A stretch of DNA of 46,536 nt. Source: a virus. Lineage: Duplodnaviria > Caudoviricetes. Positions 19,371 through 28,892 of this stretch are shown here, in pieces. The DNA lies in the IMG/VR virus record IMGVR_UViG_3300042347_000715, positions 1 to 46,536 of that record. One strand, 5' to 3'. Position 1 is the first letter of the stretch. Each line of letters opens with the position of its first letter. The notes under the pieces were generated by a model. The model ran no database searches and was not told where the DNA came from. It was given only the letters and a program-made list of their open reading frames with translations. Made by a program: the position numbers and the translations under genes.

Positions 19371-20228
19371 TTAGTAGGTTCCTTCGTCGAACTCGGCGTT
19401 TGCAGCTACTGAGACCTCGCCGTTTACGACAGTGATGTTTGTACCTGCAGTGACTGTTGCGGGGTCTCCTTGGTCGCCTTTTGGGATGGTGAAGTTCAGA
19501 ACGGCGGCTGTGCTGCTGCCGCTGTTGGTGACAACAACATTGCTGCCTGCTGCGCCAGTTGTGACGGCGCCGATGGTGATGGTGGCGGCGGTGCCGGGAG
19601 TTCCTTGGGGGCCTTGGGCACCGGTTGCTCCAGTTGGACCTGCGGGGCCGGTGTCGCCCTGAGGGCCTTGCTCACCTTGGGGGCCTTCTTCGCCTTGGAT
19701 GCCTTGTGGGCCAGTTGCTCCAGTGGGTCCGGCTGGGCCTTGGTTGCCCTGCGGTCCTTGGGGACCGGTGGGACCTGTTGCTCCGATAGGTCCGGTGACG
19801 CCGGTGGGTCCTATGGGGCCGATCGTTCCAGCGGCACCTTGGGGGATGGTGAAGTTGAAGATGGCGGCCGATGAGGTGCCGACGTTGGTGACGGTGGCCT
19901 CGGTGCCGGGGGCTCCGGTGGAGGTGGTGCCGACTGCGATGGTGGCAGTGGTGGCGTCGCCTCCGCCAGAGCCGGGTAGTCCACCACCCACTGTTAAGCC
20001 GGTGATTTGAGTGCGCGTGGCAAGTTCGACGCCGGTGCCCCAGTCGTCGGTTTTGGGGCCGTAAATCGTTAGGGGATCGAGGCTGATGTACCAGTCGCCG
20101 TTGGTGCCGAGGGTGGGGCGGGGTGGGCCGTCGCCGGAATGGATGGTGTTGAGGGCCTCGACACGTTGGGTGAGGCGTACTAGGGCGGTGACTTGGGCGA
20201 GCGTTAGTTGCTCGGTTTGCGTGGCCAT
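19371..20228 (-). CDS. Collagen-like fibre protein (285 aa)
   Basis: Long G-X-Y run flanked by two T(I/V)G..TTG..G...VTN.G.S.AA..NFTIP.G repeats; ends in DEGTY. Confidence 0.8.
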   Translation of the reverse strand: MATQTEQLTLAQVTALVRLTQRVEALNTIHSGDGPPRPTLGTNGDWYISLDPLTIYGPKTDDWGTGVELATRTQITGLTVGGGLPGSGGGDATTATIAVGTTSTGAPGTEATVTNVGTSSAAIFNFTIPQGAAGTIGPIGPTGVTGPIGATGPTGPQGPQGNQGPAGPTGATGPQGIQGEEGPQGEQGPQGDTGPAGPTGATGAQGPQGTPGTAATITIGAVTTGAAGSNVVVTNSGSSTAAVLNFTIPKGDQGDPATVTAGTNITVVNGEVSVAANAEFDEGTY

Positions 20229-21700
20229 CAGCGGGACAGCAGTTCGATCAGACGGTCTACGCGGTCGGGTGTCATTTCGGTGTCGTCCGCTTCATCCTCG
20301 TCGGTGTCCTCGCTTGCTTCGAGCAGATAGGGGGTCTCTGTGTTGTTGGCGTATTCCGCTTCGTCTTCGACGTTGATGTTGTCGGGGAGGACTTCGCCGC
20401 GACGCAGAATTTCCAGCAGCATGGCGTCGCTGATCTTGCCCATCTGGTTGAGTTGTGCCAGCACGGAGACGTCTTGGCCGATCAGGCGGTAGTAGTCGAA
20501 GTCGCGGTCGATGGTGATTTCGGGCGGTTCCATGCCGACGTATTGGGCGGCGAAGGCGAAGGCTTGGTTGAGGGCGCTTTCCAGTTCTTGGCTGATGATC
20601 GAGAGGACACTGTTGGACTGGGCTTGGTCGATGCGCTTGGCCTCGGCAGATTCAGCGACGAATTTTTGGCCGAAAAGTTTGGTGACGCCCAGCGTGGACA
20701 TCTGGGATGCCAGCGATTCCAGTTCGGCCATTTGCGCGTCGAAGCTGGTGGCGTCGGCTTGGACGTAGTACGCCTTGTTGCCCGGTTGCATGGCGATGGC
20801 GTAGTTCACGCCCATCGTTGCGGAGCCTGTGGTGTCGTCCCAGCCCTCTAGGACGAGGGTGGGCATGGCGGCGATGTGGAGGGCGTGGATTAGGTCGGCT
20901 TGGCGTTGGTAGTGGGTGATGTTGAGGTTGGCGATGTCCAGCAGTGGGGGCTGGGATACCAGCAGGCCACGGCGGTTGCTGTAGATCGGGACTAGGGGGA
21001 TTTCGGTGAGGCTGTAGCCGCCGGTGGCGGTGAACTCCACGAGTTCTTGGCCGAGGGTGTAGAGGTCGTAGCGGCCGGGGTAGATGACGCGCATTTCCTC
21101 GACTTGTTCTTCGCCGAACTCGTTGAGGGGGCGGACGTCGTAGTCGTGGATGCGAACTTGCAGTAGGCGATTGGTGCCGGATTCTTTGCGCCAGCCCCAG
21201 ATTTGGGGGGCGTCGACGTGGACGAAGTAGGGGCGGCGGCCCATGGCGCGTTCTTCGGCCAGGTTGCGAGCTTCGCTCGCTGCCGGGTAGTCAACAAGAA
21301 TGGCGCTGTGGCCGTAGGTAAGACTACTTACTAGGGCGCGGCGGGCGTATTCGTTGATGTTCGAGCCAAGGCCGTCGATGTTTTGGGCGAGTTCCAGCCA
21401 GTAGGGGTCGCCTTCGATGTGGATAGGTTTGCGGAGGATGGCGCCAGCAGCGGTTTCGATCAGGCGGCTGGTGTACGGGCTGAGGACGCTGCGGTCGACG
21501 CGGGTTTGGTAGGCGTCGTCGTCTTCGCGCGGTTCCTGAGGGAGATAGGTCTCGCTCATGTCACGCAGGTAGTTGGTGCCGTTAGTGACGGCGGCCATTA
21601 CGCTCCAGTCCGGCATCATGCCGATGACTTCGAGGCTGCGGACGAACGGGGATTCGCTGACTACAGCTCCAGTTGGGGGGACGTTGGCGCTGTAGACCAC
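20228..21700 (-). CDS. Portal protein (DUF4055-type, 490 aa)
   Basis: YLPQEPRE...Y..R and [19 protein letters not shown]...LH motifs; near TerL. Confidence 0.88.
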   Translation of the reverse strand: MVYSANVPPTGAVVSESPFVRSLEVIGMMPDWSVMAAVTNGTNYLRDMSETYLPQEPREDDDAYQTRVDRSVLSPYTSRLIETAAGAILRKPIHIEGDPYWLELAQNIDGLGSNINEYARRALVSSLTYGHSAILVDYPAASEARNLAEERAMGRRPYFVHVDAPQIWGWRKESGTNRLLQVRIHDYDVRPLNEFGEEQVEEMRVIYPGRYDLYTLGQELVEFTATGGYSLTEIPLVPIYSNRRGLLVSQPPLLDIANLNITHYQRQADLIHALHIAAMPTLVLEGWDDTTGSATMGVNYAIAMQPGNKAYYVQADATSFDAQMAELESLASQMSTLGVTKLFGQKFVAESAEAKRIDQAQSNSVLSIISQELESALNQAFAFAAQYVGMEPPEITIDRDFDYYRLIGQDVSVLAQLNQMGKISDAMLLEILRRGEVLPDNINVEDEAEYANNTETPYLLEASEDTDEDEADDTEMTPDRVDRLIELLSR

Positions 21701-21732
21701 GGCTAGGCTCCTACTTTGTACTTATTTTGGCA

Positions 21733-21930
21733 TCAATCATCGTCGTCTTCCTCGTCGTCGGGGTCAGCGATGGGTACCAGTACTTCGATGCCTTGGGCGA
21801 GCATGGAGACGAAACCGCCCAGGATTTCGGGGTTTTGGGGTGATTTGAAGACGAATGTGGCGTGGGTGAGGCCGTCTTCAGCATCAATTTCGATGTGAAT
21901 ACAGCCTCCGTTTACTGTTTGGATTGCCAT
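21733..21930 (-). CDS. Hypothetical protein with acidic tail (65 aa)
   Basis: ORF coupled to the upstream gene by TAATG. Confidence 0.6.
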   Translation of the reverse strand: MAIQTVNGGCIHIEIDAEDGLTHATFVFKSPQNPEILGGFVSMLAQGIEVLVPIADPDDEEDDDD

Positions 21931-22280
21931 TAGCCGTGATACGCAACTGCAATGTGGGGGACGACGGTCGGGGTTCCAGAGCTGATGGAGGCAATACGCA
22001 TACGAATCTTGGCGGCAGGTTTGCCGTCATAGAAGTAGACGTATTGACCGTTGGAATTGATGGTTTTGCCGTTGTCTACGGTGAACCAGTTGCCGTTGCC
22101 ATTGAAGCTGCACTCCAGGGATAGTTGGAAATTGGCGCCGCCGGTGACGGTTGCAGCAAAGGTGTAACTGGAAGATTGGGCGGGGACTTCCATCCAGTCG
22201 TCAACAGCGGTCATGTTGCCGCCAGTGAACTCAACAATGTTGGTGAAATGGTCCTTGGCGGTGATAGCGACGGCAGCCAT
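21930..22280 (-). CDS. Hypothetical beta-rich virion protein (116 aa)
   Basis: LECSFNGNGNWF...IRMRI pattern; operon context. Confidence 0.6.
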   Translation of the reverse strand: MAAVAITAKDHFTNIVEFTGGNMTAVDDWMEVPAQSSSYTFAATVTGGANFQLSLECSFNGNGNWFTVDNGKTINSNGQYVYFYDGKPAAKIRMRIASISSGTPTVVPHIAVAYHG

Positions 22281-22282
22281 GG

Positions 22283-22438
22283 TTATTTCCTCCGTTTTTT
22301 GGCGGTTTTGGCGGCTGCTTTAAAGGCAGCAGCGGTCGGGGCACCTTTTGTGCCGGGTTTGCGCATCTTTTCGCCGCTGCCGGCGGCGATGCGCTTGCGT
22401 TTTGCAGCGATATTGCTGTAAAGGCCGCGTTTTGTCAT
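22283..22438 (-). CDS. Small basic protein (51 aa)
   Basis: Manual translation MTKRGLYSNIAAKRKRIAAGSGEKMRKPGTKGAPTAAAFKAAAKTAKKRRK*; TAATG coupling. Confidence 0.8.
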   Translation of the reverse strand: MTKRGLYSNIAAKRKRIAAGSGEKMRKPGTKGAPTAAAFKAAAKTAKKRRK

Positions 22439-22605
22439 TACTTTTTCCTCTTTTTGCGGGTCATGCCGGCCTCGGACATGGCAATAGCAATCGCCTGCTT
22501 GCGGCTGGGTACTTTTTTGCCCGAGCTGGACTTTAGTGCGCCAGCTTTGTACTCGGACATTACCTTTTCCACCTTTTTCTGGCCTTTAGTGGGCTTCTTG
22601 GCCAT
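22438..22605 (-). CDS. Small basic protein (55 aa, DUF6496-like)
   Basis: KVEKVMSEYKAGALKSSSGKKV.SRKQAIAIAMSEAG motif; ATG 22605. Confidence 0.8.
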   Translation of the reverse strand: MAKKPTKGQKKVEKVMSEYKAGALKSSSGKKVPSRKQAIAIAMSEAGMTRKKRKK

Positions 22606-22665
22606 GGCGGTAAAGCATTTTTTACAGTCTAGCGTGCTAGGATCTACAAAAGGTCTGTCCGAGTC

Positions 22666-23175
22666 ATGCCTAAACCGCTTCCGCCGCAAGGGATTTTACA
22701 AGAGTGCTTGGAGTACGATCCACAGACAGGGGAGCTGATCTGGATTTTGCCTGATCCTCAGTCGAGAGTACGTCCCGGATCCTTCTTTGGCACACGTACT
22801 TCCGTATCGGCAGGATCCAACAGCACTAAGCACTATTACGCCGGGCGTTTTCACACCGTCACCTACTACGCACATCGGCTTATCTGGATGTACATGACCG
22901 GAGAAGATCCGGGTGATTTGATGGTGGACCACATAAACGGTAACGGGTTAGACAATAGGTGGTCGAACTTACGTTTACTGAAACGCGGGCAAAATATCGC
23001 CAACCAAAAAGGGCATAAAAGGCGTCGCTCACCGTATAAGCACGTTTACAGGCGCAAGTCCAAATGGATAGGGCAGGTACGGCGTAATAGCAAGCTGTAC
23101 TCCACGCAAGGGTTTGATACCGCTGAACAGGCTAGAGATGCTATTCAGGCTGTAATTACCACACTCGATAGTTAG
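22666..23175 (+). CDS. HNH homing endonuclease (HNH plus AP2-like C-terminus)
   Basis: LEYDPQTGELIW, YYAHRLIW, VDHINGNGLDNRWSNLR motifs. Confidence 0.9.
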   Translation: MPKPLPPQGILQECLEYDPQTGELIWILPDPQSRVRPGSFFGTRTSVSAGSNSTKHYYAGRFHTVTYYAHRLIWMYMTGEDPGDLMVDHINGNGLDNRWSNLRLLKRGQNIANQKGHKRRRSPYKHVYRRKSKWIGQVRRNSKLYSTQGFDTAEQARDAIQAVITTLDS

Positions 23176-24406
23176 TAGCGCCAAGGCTTTCCGGTTTTGC
23201 CAGGTTAAATGACTGCAGGCATAAATAGCCCAGAGCATCGAAAGCGTGGTCAACCCCCAAGTTTTTGTTGGGTAGACCCGTGTTTGGTGCGTATGTAAGG
23301 GTTCGTAGGGACTTGATTAGTTCCTTACAGCGAGGGTGGATAACAATGCGGCGGCGGCCTGTGGCGTCAAGCAGGCCCATGTTGACCGCGTTGATCTTGT
23401 CGCGGATTTTCCATGGTGCGCGGGGGCTGGACACCGTAAAGCCTGATTTGCGCAAAATTGAGTGGTCCGTTTGGCCCACGCCCGCTGTTTTGCGGGCACC
23501 GCCAGTTGGATCGGGACAGGCGATGATTCGGCGCTCAATTCCAAACTTTTGCTGGACGGCCTCACAAAAATCCCACGTTGTCGCGCCACCTGTGAGGATC
23601 AATTCGTCGAATACCCACAGGTCTTCGCCTTTTTTGACCGCAAATACACCCGCCATAAATTCGACGTTGAAATCCAGTCCCAGTAGCAGGGGCAGAATCG
23701 GCAGGTCTTGGACTTGTTTGTCGATGTTGTCGTCGCCAAATGAGACGGCAACGAGACCGCTGAGATTCTCGAAGCTGGCTTCGAATTCTTGGCGGAAGGT
23801 GCGCGGGTCGAGTTGGGCGCGGGCCGCTTCGATTTCTGCTGCGGGGACGTTATCGCCTTGGATGGTGGTGAATTGCCAGCGCTGCCAATCCGGGTCGTCG
23901 TTTTCGCAATAGCACCAGAGGTCGTAGAACCAGCTGGCGGTGCCGTCCGGGGTGGAAATGAAGAGTGCCCAGCCTTGTTTGTCCGCAAGGGCGGGGCGGA
24001 TCACCTCGAACCAGACCTCGGCGTCCATGAAGGCGGCTTCGTCGAGCACCACGCCAGACAGACTGCGGCCTCGGAGGGCCATGGCGTTTTCAGTGCCCTT
24101 CAGTTCGATCGTCGAGCCGTTCACCAGCTCGATCTTGAGGTCCGTTTCGTTCTTGGATTTGATCCAGGCTTTCGGGACGAGGCGTTTTAGGACTTTCCAA
24201 GCAATGTCTTTCGCCATTCGGTATGTAGGGGCTGCATAAAAGAAGGTTTCGCCCGGCCTTTCGATCGCCCCACGCAATAACTCGATACATGACAGATAAC
24301 TTTTGCCGAACCTTCGGCCAGCTACCAACACTCTGAAGCGTTTTCGACTGGAGAAAACTTCGCCTTGCGCGTAGCGGAGGGTAAGTGCTCCAGCAGAATC
24401 GGGCAT
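23156..24406 (-). CDS. terL: Terminase large subunit
   Basis: Walker A AGRRFGKS, Walker B VVLDEAA, FRQEFEASF, nuclease LGLDFN and DHAFDALGY. Confidence 0.95.
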   Translation of the reverse strand: MPDSAGALTLRYAQGEVFSSRKRFRVLVAGRRFGKSYLSCIELLRGAIERPGETFFYAAPTYRMAKDIAWKVLKRLVPKAWIKSKNETDLKIELVNGSTIELKGTENAMALRGRSLSGVVLDEAAFMDAEVWFEVIRPALADKQGWALFISTPDGTASWFYDLWCYCENDDPDWQRWQFTTIQGDNVPAAEIEAARAQLDPRTFRQEFEASFENLSGLVAVSFGDDNIDKQVQDLPILPLLLGLDFNVEFMAGVFAVKKGEDLWVFDELILTGGATTWDFCEAVQQKFGIERRIIACPDPTGGARKTAGVGQTDHSILRKSGFTVSSPRAPWKIRDKINAVNMGLLDATGRRRIVIHPRCKELIKSLRTLTYAPNTGLPNKNLGVDHAFDALGYLCLQSFNLAKPESLGATNYRVW

Positions 24407-24576
24407 TTTTTGGGGTATGGGTACCTTCTAGGGTATTACAGGAATCGCAACCCTGCCCCCGGTGTAGTACAGAAGAAGAAATTGAGAATGTGTCAGTAGG
24501 TTCCCTGGGTCCCGCAACCGCAGCACAGAATCACGAACACACCCCCATGTTGTATCACAGTATTGTTATATTGTGT

Positions 24577-24616
24577 CAACATAAAAGGCCGGTGATACGA
24601 CACCGGCTTTATGTTG
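24577..24616. terminator. Bidirectional terminator hairpin
   Basis: GCCGGTG-ATACGA-CACCGGC flanked by CAACATAAA/TTTATGTTG. Confidence 0.65.
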
Positions 24617-24629
24617 TTACGTTGTTTCG

Positions 24630-24773
24630 CTAGCGCCCGAGCACGAGTAAGCGGCACTCTGCAGCCGAGCGGCCGGCAGACTCACAACGTGCCAGCTGAT
24701 TCTGATTATCGGCGCCCATAGCGAGCACCGCACAAGCGGTGAGCACAGCGGCCAGGGTCAGGATACGGTTCAT
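24630..24773 (-). CDS. Small secreted/membrane peptide (47 aa)
   Basis: Manual translation MNRILTLAAVLTACAVLAMGADNQNQLARCESAGRSAAECRLLVLGR*; promoter-like GTGTGCAACAAT upstream (24813-24802). Confidence 0.65.
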   Translation of the reverse strand: MNRILTLAAVLTACAVLAMGADNQNQLARCESAGRSAAECRLLVLGR

Positions 24774-24827
24774 GGTGGGTAGCGTGGTTGGCTTGCCTCC
24801 CATTGTTGCACACTATCGGCCGTATGG

Positions 24828-25286
24828 CTAGCCCTGACGCTTGTCTTCTACCACGATGCTGAGCTGCGGTGCTGCAGCGGCTGCGGCTTCCGGTGCGACC
24901 TCACCAACGACTGCGCCTAGGTCGCGCATAAGGAGCTGAGCGGAGCCGATCTGGCCTTTTCGGATTGCGGCATCAATTGCGCGTAGGCGCATACCCTGGA
25001 GACGTGAAACTATCGACTCCCTATCTTTCTGCCAATCCTGCTCGTTCCACTGTTTGACTGCATCCCAATCCCTCCAGGCTGTAACTTCGCCGATGCCTTC
25101 ACGATCAGCATGATCTAGCACCAGTTGCCGAACGGTTAAACCCGTTAGCTGACGTTTGTACAAGCGCTTCCGGCGCTCTTCTATAACCGCGTCAGGGTTG
25201 CGCCTCCCATAGGGTCGCTGCTTATTGTTTACAGCTCCCGGAAGATCTTCCGGCGCCTCGTTGATAGCTTCCGGCTGATCGTTCAC
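24828..25286 (-). CDS. terS: Terminase small subunit (putative)
   Basis: N-terminal HTH-like region, helical body, near TerL on the same strand. Confidence 0.6.
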   Translation of the reverse strand: MNDQPEAINEAPEDLPGAVNNKQRPYGRRNPDAVIEERRKRLYKRQLTGLTVRQLVLDHADREGIGEVTAWRDWDAVKQWNEQDWQKDRESIVSRLQGMRLRAIDAAIRKGQIGSAQLLMRDLGAVVGEVAPEAAAAAAPQLSIVVEDKRQG

Positions 25287-25353
25287 TGTTAAGATTCCCG
25301 GTGTTTGTTTAATCTTAGGCTGTCAGCTTCCAAGCGGCCGCAGGCCGCGCAGC

Positions 25354-25378
25354 AAAAAGCCCGACCTACTGGTCGGGC
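25354..25378 (-). terminator. Intrinsic terminator after the ArdA-like gene
   Basis: GCCCGACC/GGTCGGGC stem plus T5 on the minus strand. Confidence 0.7.
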
Positions 25379-25401
25379 CGTTGATCAGTAGGAGCACCAG
25401 C

Positions 25402-26046
25402 TCAGACGTTGCGAACAACGTGCCAGCTGCTAAGAGTCTCACGGATCAGGCTGTAACCGTCACCGATCTCTAGTTCGTACCACGCTTGCGCCCAATCAAT
25501 ACAGGTATGCGGCCAGGCAAGCTCCCGGTTAATCGCGCCGATATCGTCCGCCAGAGTCTGAGCGTAATCAGCGCCAGCCTCAGCTTCGCTATAACCGTCA
25601 GCGGTGCCGCAGTAGGCATCGCACAAACTATCGGCATCAATGCCGTGATCGTCAAAAGCTTGGATCAGCTCAGCCGTGCCAACTGGATCCTCGCAATCAA
25701 TACCGCGATCCTCCAGCGCTTCGGTCCAATCCTCTGACAGCCAAAAGCCAAAGCACGCGCCATCGCCTTCAGACGCGCCAAAATAGAAACCGGTAGGAGC
25801 CAGCTCGCCTAAGCGATCAAACGCCCAAGCGGTCGCAATCTCCCAAGCGTCGCAAGGTTCCGGCCCGGTAAGGTCCGAAGCGTAGGCAGCACACTGCTGC
25901 AGATCTGAGCGGAAGGGTTCGGGCACGTCTTGCCCCAAGACATCAAAAGCGCCTAGGTAGGCATCCGCTAGGTGATCAGTGCGAAGCGTGTCAGCGCTGA
26001 CAATCCAGGGGAACGATGCCAGCTGTTCGGTGGTGTAACGGGTCAT
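25402..26046 (-). CDS. Acidic protein with ArdA-like antirestriction C-terminus
   Basis: DAYCG...ADYAQTLADDIG...WPHTCIDWAQAW resembles the ArdA C-terminal pattern; very D/E-rich; ATG 26046. Confidence 0.55.
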   Translation of the reverse strand: MTRYTTEQLASFPWIVSADTLRTDHLADAYLGAFDVLGQDVPEPFRSDLQQCAAYASDLTGPEPCDAWEIATAWAFDRLGELAPTGFYFGASEGDGACFGFWLSEDWTEALEDRGIDCEDPVGTAELIQAFDDHGIDADSLCDAYCGTADGYSEAEAGADYAQTLADDIGAINRELAWPHTCIDWAQAWYELEIGDGYSLIRETLSSWHVVRNV

Positions 26047-26099
26047 GCTGTGAGCCTTAGGGTTGGGTCTCGTGAAATACATTACAGCAGATCGCGCCA

Positions 26100-26954
26100 C
26101 TAGGCAAGCGCAGGAGCCAAGGCATCGCCCGAGCCATCAGGCCAGGGATAGGACTCCCGGCGCCACTCTTGCTCGGCTGGCAGCAGTGTCAGGCCAGTGA
26201 GCGCCACCAGATCTGAGCGGTCAACACTAGCCGCGACCTTCTCAAGCCTGATGTAGGCACCGCTGCTGAGATCCTCTACCCGCCAATCCTCGTTTGACCA
26301 CTCACGGCAAACGTTGAAAAGCTCCAGCAGATCCCGCTCTAGCTTGTCTTCAGGCAGCAAATCGAGCTGATCATCAGCCCAAAACCTCGCGGTGCTCGGG
26401 CCGTACTGGCTTTGCTCCAGCACCGCTTCGGGGCAGTAGGCCGCCAGTTGATCCCGAATGGCGTCGCGCCATTCGCTCGCGTAGCAGTCTTGCCAGGCCC
26501 GGTCGATCTCTTCCATCTCCAGCGTGGAGTGCTCGTCTTCAGAGATCAGCGGGTAATGCTCCAGCGCCTCCACGGTTTCGAGCACGTCAGCCGGAACCCG
26601 CAGCAGATCCAGCACCACGCCGGACCCGTTCCAGCCATAGCCGACGGTGAGGATGCCACCGTGCGGGTCGGGTGTGCTGGCGGGATCGGTGAGCACGTTG
26701 TAATTGGCCTTGCCCACTAGGCCGGTGCTGTCGTAATCGCTCCAGCCGCAATAGGAGGGAACGAAACCGAGAGACACGCCACGCCAGTGCTCAGCTAGGC
26801 AGGTTTCTAGGTGGCGTTCTGGGGTGTGGTGCCATTGGTGGCTGCAATCGGTCTCGGGCTCGCCGTCACGGATCAGGAGCCAGTGACCGGAGCAGATCTC
26901 CAGCCGGCCGATACGCTCCAGCAGAACGGGGCTCGCCTTAGGTGTGGTTGCCAT
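26100..26954 (-). CDS. Acidic hypothetical early protein (284 aa)
   Basis: Long ORF, D/E-rich, SDY...ANY and LEHYPLISED motifs. Confidence 0.75.
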   Translation of the reverse strand: MATTPKASPVLLERIGRLEICSGHWLLIRDGEPETDCSHQWHHTPERHLETCLAEHWRGVSLGFVPSYCGWSDYDSTGLVGKANYNVLTDPASTPDPHGGILTVGYGWNGSGVVLDLLRVPADVLETVEALEHYPLISEDEHSTLEMEEIDRAWQDCYASEWRDAIRDQLAAYCPEAVLEQSQYGPSTARFWADDQLDLLPEDKLERDLLELFNVCREWSNEDWRVEDLSSGAYIRLEKVAASVDRSDLVALTGLTLLPAEQEWRRESYPWPDGSGDALAPALA

Positions 26955-27091
26955 TGGAAAGGTCTTCCTTGGTGTGCTCCGCCATCATTGCGCCAGCACC
27001 AGCCCTAAACCGTCTTGTTGTTACACATCGTCATGTGGCTGGCCTGGGTTGACCGTTGCGCTAATGTCGCAGGGTACGGCACACCCAGCCT

Positions 27092-27490
27092 ATGTTCACC
27101 AGCCAGAGAGACCGCGCAGACGCCCGAGAGGCTGAACGCGAGCAGCTGCGCCTCGAGAAGCGCCACCTACGCGATCTGAGATGGGCGGTTGAACGCTCCA
27201 GCATTGAAGCTTCGGATTGGGCCGATCTGCTGGCGCTGCAGGCAGCCCACGGCAAGGAGGGTCCGCTCCAGGTGTGGCGGGAGCTGGTGCCTTACTGGCG
27301 GGCGTGCCAGCAGCTGAACGGCGGAGCTGACATCCCGGCCGAACTTTTTCCACAAGCTACGGGACTTTTTCCGCGCACACCCGAACCCGTTAAGGCTCCA
27401 GCCAACCGGACGAAACCCACGCCGGGAGCACCGCGTAAGCGGCGGAGCGATGCCGGCAAGCGCCAGCCTTCACGCAAGGAGGCAGCATGA
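27092..27490 (+). CDS. Hypothetical protein (132 aa) with basic RKRRSDAG tail
   Basis: ORF divergent from 26954, coupled to the RlpA-like gene by ATGA. Confidence 0.7.
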   Translation: MFTSQRDRADAREAEREQLRLEKRHLRDLRWAVERSSIEASDWADLLALQAAHGKEGPLQVWRELVPYWRACQQLNGGADIPAELFPQATGLFPRTPEPVKAPANRTKPTPGAPRKRRSDAGKRQPSRKEAA

Positions 27491-27804
27491 AGCGCGTCCT
27501 ACTTTTGTGGTTGATCGCGGCGACCCACGCTCCAGTAGAAGCCAGGCAGGTTACCGCGACCGTCTACCACTCTTGGTATCACGGCCGGACGACCGCTTGT
27601 GGGCAGACGTACCAGCACTGGGGGATTAGTGCGGCGCACCCCTGGCTGCCATGTGGCACCCGCTTGCGGCTTGAGCATCGCGGCAGAGTGCTCACGGTTC
27701 CAGTCACAGACCGTTGTGACTGCGGATCGGTTGACCTTTCTGCCGGTGCTGCCTACCGGTTGGGGGTTCCAATCGACGGGACCGCTACCGTCACCATCCA
27801 CTAG
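27487..27804 (+). CDS. RlpA-like (double-psi beta-barrel) lytic transglycosylase-like protein with signal peptide
   Basis: A.VY...YHGRTTACG...SAAHP.LPCGT.LR......V.V.DR......DLS..AA..LG is the RlpA/DPBB pattern. Confidence 0.85.
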   Translation: MKRVLLLWLIAATHAPVEARQVTATVYHSWYHGRTTACGQTYQHWGISAAHPWLPCGTRLRLEHRGRVLTVPVTDRCDCGSVDLSAGAAYRLGVPIDGTATVTIH

Positions 27805-27815
27805 TGCTCCAGCCA

Positions 27816-27841
27816 GGCTCCCACCATGGGAGCCCTTTTTT
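27816..27841 (+). terminator. Intrinsic terminator after the RlpA-like gene
   Basis: GGCTCCCA-CCA-TGGGAGCC followed by C and T6. Confidence 0.75.
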
Positions 27842-28052
27842 GTGCCTTGGCTTGAGAACGATTCTCATTCCCCTCCTCAGTGAGACTCACGAGACGCACC
27901 ACAAGACACCCGCAGGGCTGAGCACCGGCCACGCTCCAGCAGACCTCCCGTTATGGGAGGAAGTATTAACAGGATTCCCAATACATGCCAAGTATTGAGA
28001 TTATGAATAGCCGAAACAATACATGAATGGCATTCCAGCCATGAATGGAGTT

Positions 28053-28892
28053 TTAGGCAGTGTGAATGGCGTTTTGGAGGTTATCGAAGTACTGCTCCAC
28101 TCGTGTGAGAAACGAGCACTCTGCGTCCGCGAGTTCACGAGCGGACATGTAGTGGATGTTGGGGGCACCGCAGCGGCGTGCCAGGACGATGGCTGCTCCA
28201 GTTGGTTTGAGGCCGGTTAAGTGGGTGAGGCCCAGTGAGTAGGCGCCGCATTGGTCGATGTATGAATGGCCGGGCGGGAGGCGTTCCAGGCCGTCTTCGT
28301 CGAGTTTGGTTTTGCGGGCGACGCTGGTCTTCCAGTCCGCTAGTACCAGCTCGTTGTTTTTGAGTCCGATCAGGGCGTCGCAGGTTCCAGCAAAACCGGC
28401 GGGGTGATGAATGGAGAATTCGGAGGCGAAAATCTCGGTGACGTTTTCGGTGATCCAGTCGGAGAGACTGCGGGCGTAGCCGGAGGCGCTCCAGCCAACC
28501 CTGGGGACGTTGGGGCGGACTCGTTTGAGTGCCCACTGGGTGATGGGCGTGGGGATGCGGGCCAAGCCCTGTTCGTCCCAGCGAATACTGTTGCGCTTGT
28601 TGGCGGTGGAACGTGCCAGTTGTTGGGCTGTCTTGAGGAGGTATTCGGCCTGTGAATGGGCCATGTTGCCTCGCGTGGCGGCGATGTTGCGCTGGCAGCT
28701 TGCCTCGACGGGTCCCAGGCGGGCTTCCCAGCGCTCCAGTGCAGTGGTGTCTGATGTGGACTTTAGGATGTGTGTAACACTATGGTAGATGTTGTTATTG
28801 ATGTCCCGGTAGACCCGGAAGGGGCCTGAATTGTCTTGTTCCAGCCTCCATTTACGCAGTGATGCCAGTGTGTCTTGCGTATTGGAGGCCAT
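28053..28892 (-). CDS. PD-(D/E)XK exonuclease (279 aa)
   Basis: SVTHIL, RGNMAH, FAGTCDAL, LADWKTS, DQCGAY motifs; ATG 28892 chosen. Confidence 0.85.
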   Translation of the reverse strand: MASNTQDTLASLRKWRLEQDNSGPFRVYRDINNNIYHSVTHILKSTSDTTALERWEARLGPVEASCQRNIAATRGNMAHSQAEYLLKTAQQLARSTANKRNSIRWDEQGLARIPTPITQWALKRVRPNVPRVGWSASGYARSLSDWITENVTEIFASEFSIHHPAGFAGTCDALIGLKNNELVLADWKTSVARKTKLDEDGLERLPPGHSYIDQCGAYSLGLTHLTGLKPTGAAIVLARRCGAPNIHYMSARELADAECSFLTRVEQYFDNLQNAIHTA

